From assembly GCF_009914755.1 (NCBI RefSeq), contig NC_060926.1: 64,000 bases of DNA; one strand, 5' to 3'. This stretch comes from the human T2T-CHM13v2.0 reference genome, Homo sapiens. The position numbers and the translations under genes are program-made. Shown in pieces: positions 1 through 15,746 of the stretch. Below the pieces are notes generated by a model that was not told the origin of the DNA, searched no databases, and saw only the letters and a list, made by a program, of their open reading frames with translations. Each line of letters starts with the position of its first letter. The stretch's first letter is position 1.

Positions 1-390
1 TTACTCGATCCCGAATTACAGTTCCATTTAGAAGATGCAGGTAAAAATCTGATTTTTATCATCCAGAAAAGCAGTGTGCTTTTTACATTTTAAATGATCA
101 AATTTCAAAAATTACTACCAAATATCTATCCAGTTTTGAAAGAATGTCTACTATTTCTTTTAATTAGGCTCCTGGACTCCACTTCGAATAAAATTAAAAG
201 TTGCTCAAGGCTAATCCATATAATAGACTGCTTTGTTTAATAGGTCACATGTAATAGTATAGCATGGAAAAGGTGCTGATTAACATAAAATATCTCAAGG
301 GCCTTTTTTGTTAGAAAACAAAGGAACTTTCCCCTCTACTCCCTCTAAAAGTGAAAAGCTATCAACACTTTGTGCTCAGGGTTCCATTCA

Positions 391-603
<213 letters not shown>

Positions 604-1201
604 TCACCACTCCTTCAGATGAGCAAGGATGGTGAAGTAGCTTACAAATGATATGCTTTCTGCTTTTTCAAATGCTATCTTCTAGGTTGTCTTACCTGAT
701 TTTAACATAAACCTCTGAGGCAGACAGATAGCTAGCATTCTGTCCATTTTACAGAAGGGCAAATTGAGGCACAAAAAGGCTTAATGAAGCGTCCAAAATC
801 TCAGTAAGTTAGGAAGAATTTGGTAAGAATTCAAGCATTCTGGATGCTAGTCCAATGCACTTTCAATGACACTGAGGAGAGTATTTCTCAGATATTTTCG
901 AGACTCCTTGATGGTATGGGCACCTTAGCCCCATGTGCAACTTTAGATTTTGTTAAACACAGAAGACATTTTAAAGATTACCAGGAAATCACTCTGAAAA
1001 AGATGGTAATGGTGGTTCCAAATCTGTTCTGTCTGTTTACTCCCAGGTATGCAAAATGATATATGAACAAGGTATTAATTGCAGTCTTATTGGCAATAGC
1101 AAAAGATAAGGAATGATATAAAAATTGATCAGTAGAGGACTAGTTAAACAAATTATGAACATAAAAGAAGGAATATTATGCCATTATAAAAAAATAATTA
1201 A

Positions 1202-1820
<619 letters not shown>

Positions 1821-2929
1821 AATTAAGAAATAACTTCATGTGCTGAAATGGAAAGCTCTGGAAAATATCTTCAGTACATTCACAAGATGCAGAACTGTGC
1901 ATATAGTTTACTACCATATATAGATATGTAAATACAGTTAAATATCTATATTTGTATGTTCTTGTTTATTCATTAAAAAATCTCTAGAACTAAAATAAAG
2001 AAACGGCAATTACTCATAGGAAAGAGAAGGTGAAAACCATGCAGAGGGGAATAGTTACGGAGGAAGGCATTTCACTACATATCTTCTTATAATTTAAAAT
2101 TTGTGAACATATAAATATGTTACCTATGCAAAAATAAACACATTGAATTGTTAAAAATCCGCTGAACCTAAAAGTTACTACACAGCAAATCAGGTATTTC
2201 TACACAAAAACAAGTAGAAAATGGGCCATTCTTCAGTCATGGGAGCAGTTAAGTTTCAGAAGACACCAAAGACACTTCAAAATCAAGTGTTAAATAACTA
2301 TTGGAAAATAGGAGTTTATATTGAGACCTTCGTCCGGAGAAATCAACAGCGACAAAATGCTTTGGAGCCCTCATCTATTTTTTGCAGATTTTCTCCATGA
2401 CTTTTCTCTACTACTCTGTACTACTCTCTACTTTTCATACTCTTACATTGATTCCAACAAATTACCCAGAGTTAGTGCATTCAAAAAATTGTTAATCCAA
2501 ATTTAGCATGTCCATTTGGAAATATCCCTAAATTTTGCAAGAACACTGTGAAAATTATTTCTGTAGATAGTTGTCGCCTACTTTTGTGGTAGGTAATTAA
2601 TTAAAAGTTAAATGTCCAAGCCAATCAAATGTAGGCATAGCATTTATTCCACAATTAAAGGTGGGTGACATGATAGCCTAGGCAAAGTAAACAATCAATC
2701 AATTAAAAAATATTAATAATGGTCACCATTAATCGACAAATTGGTCCTTAATAATCAAAGTATGAAATTAATGTTGACCAATTTTTCTAGGCAGTAGGAG
2801 CCATCCCTGATTTGTAATGATAAAGCCCTGCCAACAACAAAAATGCTGATAATTCTGTTGTCATCAGAAGGAAGGAAAGAAGCTATTAGAATCTGTTTAC
2901 TGTTCAGAGACACAGGTGTCCATAATTTA

Positions 2930-3091
<162 letters not shown>

Positions 3092-3396
3092 TCAAGGTTA
3101 TCAGCATTTATTAAGCACTCTCTGACAAAAATCCTAGATAAGATGGCCAAGAATGTGGTGTTGCCCATGTCTAAATAAACACCCTCTGGAGTTAGGCACA
3201 GGTTCTGAGAATTTATAACAACCATCTTCATGTAAGGAAAAAGAACATTTACATCATTTTTTAAACCTACATGAAGGATAACTTTACAGAAAATGCACAA
3301 CACTTCCTGAATTCATAGCCCTATGGTACTGCATTTCATTTATTAATGTTAGTCTACAAATATATAAATTTTGGTGTAAATGTTTCCCTTCAATAC

Positions 3397-3605
3397 TATG
3401 CTTTCCAACATGGTAGCCACTAACCCCCTGTGGCTATCTAAATGTATCTTTAGATTAATTAAAATAAAATAAAAGTAATAATTTGCTTTCCTAGTCACTT
3501 GCCACATTTCAAGTGCTCAATAGCCACATATGACTAGTGGTTACAATATGACAGAGTGAAGATACACATTTACATCACTGCAGAAAGTTCTATTGGACAG
3601 CACTA
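3397..3605 (+). mobile_element. MER3-like hAT DNA transposon fossil
   Basis: ATGGTAGCCACTAACC...GTGCTCAATAGCCACAT...GCAGAAAGTTCTATTGGACAGCACT, ~210 bp. Confidence 0.75.
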
Positions 3606-4224
3606 TTTCTGAATAAAGTAAGACCTGCCTATAGACAGCCCCTCAGGAAGAAACAAATCTATGACTGCAATAAAGTACTTGGAAAGGTCTATTTACCCAG
3701 CTGTCTTTCCTCTGATGTCAAAAAATTATAACCAAAATTAAATTGAACTTATTTTCAAGACATCAAAAATGTCTTCTCCTCTACTTATTGGTTAACTTAT
3801 TATTCACTCATTTAGTAAGTGTTCATTGAAGTCCCTTACATGACAGAGCTCTGTTCATTACCAGAGAAGTCCCAGTTCTACTGTGTAAAAATAGTTCCAA
3901 TATAATTGACATAAACAATAGAATATGGAGGGGAGAACACAACAAAATATTAGAAGAGTCTTTCTTAAAGACTATAAGGCTTCAGGGGTGCAGAAATTGG
4001 TACATCTGACTTTCCAAGTCCACGTCCACTCTCCATCATCCTTCACCCTCCTCGCTTCCCTGGGAGGATGACCTATACAAACTATAACAATAGAGTTCCC
4101 ACACCCTCTGGTTTCAGGAAGTTCTCAAGTAGATTATAATTTCTGAAACCACTGCACTCCCAAGTCTAGAATTCTCCAGATTTCTATGATCTGATTACAT
4201 TTGCAGCAACTGTCAGAGTTGTGA

Positions 4225-4671
<447 letters not shown>

Positions 4672-5091
4672 TAAACATAACAACATGAGCCAGCATATCT
4701 TTCTTTCCAAGGACCGTGACTAACCAGAGGAAAAAAAACCCAATCCGATCTGGACACTACCAAGTGAAATGCCACATGAGGGTGTGAAATGCCCTCACTG
4801 ATGAATCCCTTCTGTCCCCTTAACTCAGCCCTGAGAAAGCTCCACCTAAGGCTTTGCCTCAGCAGGAAAAAAAGTACAGGACATTCTCCCTCAAACCCCC
4901 AGAATGTCATAACTTCATTTTGAATGCAAGATCCATGAGACCACGTCTAAGGATCTGGAGTCACTCTAAGCAGAAGTTCTGATGTCAAACAGAAGGAAAC
5001 CAAAGGTGGAGAAGTCATAACTAGGAATTCTCTAGCACAAATGCCCTTCCTATCACCTGCACTACAAGTGGTTTAAAGATTTGAATGAGTG

Positions 5092-5365
5092 GGCCAGGCA
5101 CAGTGGCTCACGCCTATAATCCCAGCACTTTGGGAGGGTAAGGTGGGAGGATTGCTTGAGTCCAAGGGTTTGAGACTAGCCTGGGCAATATGGCAAGGGT
5201 TTATGTGTACTAAGAATTAAAAAAAAAAAAAAAAAATTAGCCAGGCATGGAGGCACGTGCCTGTAGTCCCAGCTATTTGGGAGGCTGAAGTGGGAGGCTG
5301 CAGTGAGCGTGATAATGCCACTGCACTCCAGCCTGGGCGACAGTGAGACCCTATCACAAAAAACA
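5092..5365 (+). mobile_element. AluJ with right-arm deletion
   Basis: Alu dimer; TSD GATTTGAATGAGTG at 5078-5091 and 5367-5380. Confidence 0.93.
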
Positions 5366-8300
5366 GGATTTGAATGAGTGTATAAAATTGCTGTCACTTT
5401 TGTGACAATAAGATTGTATCCTTGGATCACTATAGAGGAATATGAAGGTTAATTAACATCCATCAGCAGCCAGAGTGAAGACAAGAAAAATAAAAGTAGA
5501 ATTGAGGGTTTTCGTGAGAGTAGAAAAGATAGTGGAAACCACACAAAACACTAAAACACTACTTTACAATCCCCCTCTCACTCCAATACCTTTATCTATT
5601 TTTCTTTCCTTTTTATTCTTTGTCTCCTCCCACCAACAAATACTGCTGTGAAAATGACTCAAAAACCCCTTTTTAACTGAGCCCCCCTTGGCCACCCTCT
5701 GATCCATCTGGCTGTGTGAAACCCCACCATGCTGAATGACCTCCCTGCCCTCACTCTGCACCACGATGTCATTCTGTCAACAAACAGCATGTCCTGTCAA
5801 TCAGAAACAATGAGCCCAGTAAACTGCTTCAGCATGCCTCAGAGCTTCCACTGCCAGGTCAAGACTACCAGAGGCAGATGAATGGTAGAAAGACACAAGA
5901 TTTCGTGTCAGGATTATTCAATGTTATTCTTGATTACCACCGAGGTATTCACTGGGGAGCCATGTCTAAGATAATAAATGTTGCATAGGTTTCCAACACC
6001 TGAAGCCTGTGTAATGCGTCAGCCATGCAGAGGGTTATAGCCATACAGAGAGTATTTGTTGAAATGAAATGCTTGAGAGAGCAAACCAAAGCAACAATTC
6101 CCCTAAAAATTCAGCTCAGCTGAAACAAGTGTAACTGGTTTCCTAACGTCATGTATTTAAAGAGTTCTCTATAAAGAGAGAAAAATACAGTCTTCTTTGA
6201 AACAAATGTGAAATAAATGTTAACCCAGCCTCAAAACTCAGAGGCAAATGACACATTCTTGAAGGACAGCAAAGGTCACAGAAAAGGTCTCTGCAGGTGG
6301 CAGGAGGCCTCATATTCACAAAGGCCCTCAAATGTAGACTTTTGAGATTATCTCCAAATGAGGTTGTCTGTACTAAAGTCCCAGAAACGCGCTGGCGGGA
6401 ATGAAAGAAGATGTCTGTTGTGGAACTTAAAATTAGTGCCCCGGTATTAGAACACACTACTTCCAATGTGTTATTAATTGTGGTATCTTCTCTGATCCTG
6501 AAATTATCCTGTGCACACATAATACTGCAATATTCTGCCTTACATTCACTAGTAGGTTAAATGCAAAATTTTATAAAACAAGAACATTGTTATGACAGCC
6601 TTTCGCTTTGTGAGAGGCTATTGAAAATTGAAGTGGCCTGAATCTCTGACATTTAGAAAACCCTAGACATTTGGAAATACAACCCAAGGCTCACCACAGA
6701 CTTATATGTTGGAAAATATGGAAAATGTGTTATCTGGGCTCTAGGGTGGAACAAAAAACTGAGAACAGCTTGTGGGGCATCACAAGACTGAATTAGCGAT
6801 TCTGAAAGAACAAATCACTTTTCCTGAAAGGACTTCATGGCCTATCAAGTTTCAACTGTAAGACAGCTCAGCCCCAACTCCTCTTTGGGAGTTGATAAAG
6901 GAAAAAGAGAGAAAAGCTGATGTAATACTGAGAATGTGGCTTCTGGTATTTCTATTGGAACTTCTTTTCTACTAAGAGAAAAGGAAAATGCCTAAAGAAC
7001 TAAAAGGCTGGGAATGGGATTGGCAGCTGGGTAGCAGTGAGGGGGGCAAAGGAGCCTGACATTTGCTAAAGACACAGGAGTGGCCTCACACCCACAGACG
7101 AGCCCCACTCTGAGCAGAAGTGAGGCTGCCCCTTTGCGCAGGGCTGCCTGAAATCCAGGCAGGGCTCCCAGAGTCAGGTCACCACCTAACCAATAAGGGC
7201 ATTCGTGTGAAAAGTATCTGTAAATTACTTGAATGCATTCCCAATATAATGGTAATGATAACAATAAAACACAAAATGTGTCCTGCAATCTTATTTAAGT
7301 CCAGTTGCAGATCATAACTTTTATTTATAAAATGTTTTAAAATGATTAGAAATTTGGGGGCCTTCTTAAATTATTCCAGAGTTCACTTAAGTCACTTGAT
7401 CTTAAAGTACCTTGTTGAATATAGTTACTTAAGAGGAGCAATTAGATGGGCAACTTTGGGACGTGGTCCTGATATTAAGAACCTACAGTTACCCACTATG
7501 AACACAAGGAAAAGCTCAAATGGATTGCTTTACTGGATATAAAAATCTAATTTTTTTTGGCATATGGTAGGTAAGTGAGCCCAACGATTGTAGTTTTCAG
7601 TAACGCTGAGGAGCAGACTTTCTCAAGAATTTCAAGTTTAATTTGCAAACCAGAGTTTATTTCTGGTATCAATACATTTTTCTGTTTGCTAGCACTTCCG
7701 CTGAAGAATAATAATAATAATAATAAAGAAAAAAAGAAAGGCTCTTCTGGCTATGAGTAGTTGTTAAGATTAGCTGTATTTGACAAAGTATAATTATGTT
7801 GGAAGCAATGAGCTGAGACTAAAGACTGAATAACTGCATTAGGTTTATCTATATTCAATAATTTTTTCCAAATGTTACCAAATAGTTCTAAAATATTAAA
7901 ATTTTAATATTTTAATAATATTAAAATAATAATTTCAGAAGAAATACTTTTCTAGAAGCATTTCTTACACATTTCATGTTTGTTGCTATCCCAAAAGCCC
8001 TAAAGAATACCTCACATTTCTAAGGAATATCAAAAGAATATAAATATCCTGGGAAAATTCTGAATCATTTTGGAGCCCCATAGATGACTACCAAATTTTA
8101 ATGAATAGTTTCAATTGCCTTCCAGATGCCTTTTCCCAACAGCAGTAAAAATAGTTTTCTTTAAACTCCCTCTGTGATCACTTCCTGCTAGTATGTTTGT
8201 TGTTCATGTATCAAAAATCAGATAGAAGGAAAAAAGATCAGAGCACCAAAAACTCACTGAGAAAACAAAAACTGATGATAGTTGGTCAAGTCTAATTCTC

Positions 8301-9058
8301 CCATCATAAGGCCCCGTCCTAATCACAGTGAGATATAAAGCTGGCATCAAAATCAAAAATCTCATTGGGAGAAATCATTTCTGAAGTCAGAGAGGAGAGA
8401 TATGAGGAAATAGTTGGTGTACTGGTGTCTAGTTTAATGCCAGCCACCATCTGGAAGCACCATGATAAAGAATCTGCTCATCTTGAATGATAGTTCCAAG
8501 TGGATGTCACAATCAGTGGAATGAGTAGCCAGCCCAGCAAAGGCATTGGCCCACCAGTGTAGTCACCTGAGCAATGACCTGGTGATCCTCTGCTGTGTCA
8601 GGTAACAACTCTTTAGTTGTGGGATCCTGGGGATGCTTGTGCATCCTGGAGAAGAGGCCAGGGGAGCAAGGTAGCGGTGCTTGCTGGGCTCAGGCAGCAG
8701 CTATCTACCAACCTCATGGAAGTAGTTCAGTATTCAATAACCAGTATGGCTGCACCAATCCTGATGCCAAATACTTGAAAAGAAAACAGAAAAGGACTAC
8801 CGCCCTCATCAAGTAATGGATAGGTTCCAGGTAGCTAGTCAACTCGCTCATGACAGAACCATTCTTTTGCCTTGTACACCACACCAAACCTTCTCAGAGT
8901 TAAAATTCCCTATTTGCCAGGTTTTCTGTGAGGTCTGGGTTGCTCTTTGTTATGACAGACCATGACGACTCTCCACAAGTGCAACCTCCTAGATGTCAGA
9001 GATCAGGGCACCCATCAGTGTACTGTAATGAAAGACAAGTAGCCGCCGCCCCCCATCA

Positions 9059-9205
<147 letters not shown>

Positions 9206-9351
9206 TTAAATGAATGGTGACCTCTGGACAAGACTGATTAATCTAATAGCTTCTTTTTCCATGAGTAGCAGCTCAGTAAGCATGAAGTAGATGTACAGAA
9301 AAATCTGTCACCCTTCAAAGCTTACTGCAAAACTTTGCAATAAAAGTTCAA

Positions 9352-9656
<305 letters not shown>

Positions 9657-10469
9657 TCATTAAAAGTCTTATTTATGAAAAAAAAATCAGGTCATGCATG
9701 GGTCTATCTTTGTGTCTACATAGTAAAAAGGGCTAAGAACTCCCAAGTGACTGGAGCAAGAATAAGCCCTAGAAATATTAACTGTGGCTGGCTTCAAGAG
9801 ATGGGATTTCAGGTGATTATATTTTTTTCTTTTGGTTAATTTTTATTTTCCAACTTTCATACTGTGACTACATATCTCTTATTAATTTTTAAGCTTTTTT
9901 AAATGGGCTCCCAAATGAAATAGAGAAAAAAATGCCATAAAGGTCTCTGCCTGTTTAAATATTATGTACAATTTTTGTCAGGAAACAAAAAATAACCTTG
10001 GGGTTGCAGTTACATGGGCACTTCTAGGCAATCACAAATTTAGTTAGAGTATATTATTGATGAAATCAAGGTTTTAAATGGCATTTCCTTACAGGACCAT
10101 CAGCTGTCCACAGAGTTGATGGGTTGTTGGTGGGGTGAATATTCTACAGCCCCAAAAAAGGAGAAAAAAAATCCCTAGTTCCAGTCAGTTTCCTCATAAA
10201 TGAATGTGGTCACACAAGACATAATCGAACAACACTGTGCATGGCCAACTCAGTTTTGCCATTGGAGAGTAACTCAAGGTACATAACCCAGGAACCAGAA
10301 GCTTTTTTTTTTTTTTTTTTTTTTTTTTAGTACAGCCAGACAAGGCCTTTTTCCATAAGTATAAGCCAGGTAATAAAATCTCCAGAACATCTTTAAGGTC
10401 ATCAAAATTGCCATTGAAACAATCCTCCCTGTGTGTGTGTTAGGGATTAGGAACGGGGAGTTGCTAAAA

Positions 10470-10805
10470 AATTGTTAGGCTCTTCCCATCAATAGATGGA
10501 GTCTATTTCTTCCATCCACTCTGGGTTTGGCCAAGTGTCTTGCTTTGGACAATAAGACTTGAGCAAACTTGGCATAAGTAGAACCTTGAAAGTACTTGAG
10601 CCCTAGGATTTGCTCTTTCAGCCTCTGGGTCAACAAGGCTAGGCTAGCCCAAGCTTTTACTGCAACATCCTGACGTGTGAGTGAGCTGATACAGGCCAGA
10701 GGAACTACCTAGCCAACCCACAGAACTGTGAGAAATAAGACACGTTTCTCAGTTTATGCCACTAAGTCTTGGGGTGCTTTGTTATGCAAATGCCAACAGA
10801 TACAC
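10470..10805 (+). mobile_element. MLT1-type MaLR solo LTR
   Basis: CCCATCAATAGATGGAGTCTATTTC...CCCACAGAACTGTGAGAAATAA...GCCACTAAGT...TTTGTTATGCA...GATACA. Confidence 0.7.
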
Positions 10806-10856
10806 TGTATTTGAACGTCTGTTCTAGAAAACAGAAATATCTTTATCTGAAAGCTA

Positions 10857-11054
<198 letters not shown>

Positions 11055-11625
11055 TTACAGGCCATAGGGGAGGTACAGCCAGCTCTTTGTTAATCAGTGG
11101 TTTACAGAGGATGTAGAGCAAGTTGAACAAGAGAAATCTATAAATGATCTACATTTTACAATAAGTTAGTGATTTCTAACTCTACCACTAGTCTTTTACT
11201 GAGATTCTAAGGAGAGGCATAATGGAATTACTCCACTTTTCCTGGAAAAGGCAGCCCCCAGTAGGGTTATAAGAGGAAGAAGCAGATATGGGCCTCAATT
11301 ATCGACAAACTAAATTCATGATCCCCTAAGAAAAGATGTAGTTATTTAAATCATGAATTATAGAATTAGGGCCATCAAGTTAGGTCCAGAATTACTTGAA
11401 TTTGTGGTTGGGCTTTTTGATTTGCTTTGTTTATTTAGTGAAATGTCAACAGTATAAGAAAAACCATAACCCAAATGTAGAAAAACCACTTTCTGGAACA
11501 TAAAAACATAAAACATAGTTTTAACAAACATTTCCCTTATCATACCTGGGATTGGAATGGTGCAGGTAACTTGCTGTAGGGTATGGGTATTAGTAACTGC
11601 TAAATTGTTGGAGGTACTGCTGATG

Positions 11626-11677
11626 ATATCAGCAACATAAAAGGGTCAATATCAGCAACATAAAAGGGTGAATATCA
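11626..11677. repeat. 23-bp tandem duplication
   Basis: ATATCAGCAACATAAAAGGGT(C/G)A x2 plus ATATCA. Confidence 0.95.
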
Positions 11678-12195
11678 CTGGCAATTTCCTTCTCACGGAA
11701 TCTTTAAGCACTTCCCTGGATAGTAGCTTCTCCTACACTTACCATCCCCAGCTCCAACCCACGTGTTCCCAAGGTGGCCTCTCTTTCACCACTGAGTGTC
11801 AGTGACTCATTTGGGAATCAGAATTTACAAAACCAAAACAAAAAAATAAGCTGAACTGTTACCAAGGTTCAAAGTCATTTTTAAAGATTGTAAGGTCTAA
11901 GACAAATGACATTTTCCCTATTTTCTTTCCTTCCCCAGCCTATTAGTTTTATATAGTTTTAAATCTATTTAAAACAGGCAGTCTTACAGGGAGAAAGTCA
12001 GACTGGGGTATAGAAGAGACAGAGACTGTCCTACCTATTTTGCCTTAAAGATAGAAGGGAGAGGATTATAATTTAATCTGTATTTGTGTTCTGAATCTTC
12101 TTAGGAGAAGTTAGCGCAGTCACCTCCGTCTTCCCCACCCACTAAGTTCCTAAACAACCCCTTCAACTCCAGCCAATCCTGAGGCTTGCTTGTCA

Positions 12196-12441
<246 letters not shown>

Positions 12442-12651
12442 TCACCGGGAAAAACTGAAAGTGCTCTCACCTCACTGCCTAAGCAGTACTCCTAGAAATT
12501 GAAATTTCTATATCAATTTAATCCCTTAGACATCTTGACAAAAATTTTTAAAAAGGAGGAAAAAAAAGAGAGAGAAAGAAGAAGATAACAGCAGCTTTGG
12601 GTCCAGGAAATGAACTCAGGTGCCGGTTTCTGTTTTTCAAGATTAAAAATT

Positions 12652-12888
12652 AGATCAGCCTGGGCAACATGGTGAGACCTCATCTCTACCAAAAATACGA
12701 AAAATAAAAATAAATAGCCAAGCATGGTGGTACATGTCTGTAGTCTCAGCTACTCAGGAGGCTGAGGTGGGAGGATGGCATGAGCCTGGTGGGGGTGTGT
12801 GGAGTTGCAGTGAGCCAAGATCGCACCACTGCACTCCAGCCTGGGTGACAGAGTGAGACCCTGTCTCAAAAAAAAAAAAAAAAAAAAA
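12652..12888 (+). mobile_element. AluJ, 5' truncated
   Basis: AGATCAGCCTGGGCAACATGGTGAGACC...GAGACCCTGTCTC followed by poly(A). Confidence 0.9.
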
Positions 12889-13404
12889 TTAAAAACAAGA
12901 TGGTTTGCAATGCGTTGGCACAGAACAGAAAATGCAGACAAAGATGCTGCAGACATGACAACATCCAACGTTCTCATACTTTACTACAAGCTCCGTAATT
13001 GCTAATCTATGACCAAATGATTCTGAGTCGACCATTCCATGATGTCACATTCTCTTTAATTCTCTGTCACTGAAATAAGCCCAGGTTCCAGAAAGGAAGT
13101 CAGGCATGGCTCATTGAAAATTAGGGTGATATCGAAAATATTTAACAACACCCTAAGGCATGGGTACCAACCAATCAAAAGAGGTGTGGAGGGAAATCAT
13201 ACATTCTAGTAAATAAATCACCACGCAAAGCTGCCAACTTACTGAACATAGTAAAACTCTTTCACAGAGTCTTCTAACTTTACTCTTTCCAAAAAACATA
13301 AGTGGAGAGGTGGCAACAATAAGAGAGGTCATTTGCATTGCAGGCAACAGCATGGACATAAAAGCAAGGTCAGAGTGAAGAAGTGGAGGCAAGAAAGCCA
13401 CCTA

Positions 13405-13836
<432 letters not shown>

Positions 13837-14050
13837 CTACTATCAAGGTTGTCAGAGGTATGGGTCATTTGAGAATCCAGTGATACAATATATCCTGTAC
13901 CCCTGGAGCCTAAGGAAAGAAGGCAAACTGTCCATCACCAGCCCTTTACATCTACACAGATCCTTGGAAAATAAAGGAGCCCAGGTCGAGCAACACCACA
14001 AAGGCTTGTGCCAAGACCCCCTAGTGACCGTCTGATTCCATCTGCCATCA

Positions 14051-14305
<255 letters not shown>

Positions 14306-14400
14306 TTAAGAAGGGAAAGAAAAGAGAGAAGTTAACTCCATTGTAGCCATTTAATCTCAAAGGAAGAGCATCTCCAGTTTAAAAAGGGATTCTTATTAAG

Positions 14401-14607
14401 CAGTGGTGTGCTGGTAACTGTTTAAGAACCAGTTATCCAGGAACAAAAAGGCCCTGGTTTGTAGTGTTTGCCGATTTCCAGTGTGTAAATACTCCTACCA
14501 ACGGCTGACTTCAAACTACCAACATGAATTCACTGAACCTGAACTTGGGAAGAGATGTACATATTGGCTCTCTCAAACCAGTATAAACCAGCTTCAGCAC
14601 ACAACTG
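14401..14607 (-). mobile_element. MER63A-like hAT MITE
   Basis: TIRs CAGTGGTGTGCTG...CAGCACACAACTG; internal TTTGCCGATTTCC...GTAAATACTCC. Confidence 0.8.
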
Positions 14608-14630
14608 CACATCTTGTGCACAATACTTAC

Positions 14631-14741
14631 TGCAGTTGATTTCATCTGAGGAGTCCCTGCAATCAACTTTCCAATCACACTTCTGACTGGTGTTATAGCA
14701 GGCCCCATTGTCACAAGTAAGCTGCTCACATGTTGGGTACT
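14631..14741 (-). CDS. LRP2: LRP2 exon 5 (111 nt), LDLa repeat 4
   Basis: T22-acaatag|AG TAC CCA...AAC TGC A|gtaagt; [36 protein letters not shown]. Confidence 0.97.
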
Positions 14742-15678
14742 CTATTGTAAAAAAAAAAAAAAAAAAAAAAGGAAAAGGAAACAGTAAACAAACCTTAAAT
14801 TTCCTTCAGCAAACATTTATTGAGTGATTACTATATGCAAGTCACTAAATGCATATATTGATACACAAAAGAAATATGCTCCCTGGCTTCATGGAGAGTA
14901 AGGCTGGACATGGGAGACAGACATTAAATAAGACACAAATGGTAAATTACAAACTGGGATAAGTGCTAATGTGGAAAGTACAGAGGACTGTGAGACTGCA
15001 TAGCAGAGAGATTTGGGGGCCCAGAAAAGTATCCCCTGAAGAAGTGACTTTTGAGCCAAAAGATGAAGAATGAGAAAGAATTTAACTTTAGTTCAAAATC
15101 AAACATTCTTTTACATGATACAGATAACATCCCAGGAAACTAAAGTACCACTGCACAAGCTTGGAAAAAAGAAAGGCCATTTCTTCCACTGGCGGGTTGC
15201 AGAAAGAAAGCAGGCCTAGAGTTCAGGAGCCCTGGCGGCCCAGAGGTACCACTAAGCAGCTATTTACTGTGACTCAAGCTTCATGTCCTCTCCATGTTGC
15301 TACTTCCCTATCTGCACATTTGGATAACCTACTGCACAGGGTAGAGCGGCCTGAAAAGACCATGTCTGGTAAAGCATGTTGAAAAGCATAATGTGCTTTC
15401 AAAGCACAAATTGTTGTTGCCACGTTATGTACATATGACCACCTCACTGCTACTCACTGGACCTGGTTTTCTAGGTCACAGTTGAAAATCAGGAAGTCCC
15501 TTACAGGAATAACGTGCTATCTGTCCCTCCTCTCTACTTGCCAGACTTGGACCACCTGTCTCTCATGACTTCTTACTGGAGGCTTTATTCTGTGGATGGT
15601 TGATCTCTTTCCGCCATGACATAATGAAACTCCCTGAGATCAAGGATCCTGTCTTACTCATTTTAGAATCCCCAACAA

Positions 15679-15746
15679 TTAGTACAGGGGTGGGACATTT
15701 CTCACTGTGCACACTTAGTACAGGGGTGGGACATTACTCTCTGTGC
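15679..15746. repeat. 36-bp tandem duplication
   Basis: TTAGTACAGGGGTGGGACATT(T/A)CTC(A/T)CTGTGC at 15679 and 15715. Confidence 0.95.

Noticed and set aside
9218-9230. DR1-like TGACCTCTGGACA near exon 9 (similarly TGTCCAAAGTTAA at ~45166 and an HNF1-like TGTAATTATTAAC at ~62840)
   Set aside because: Two or more mismatches from consensus and isolated; expected by chance in 64 kb
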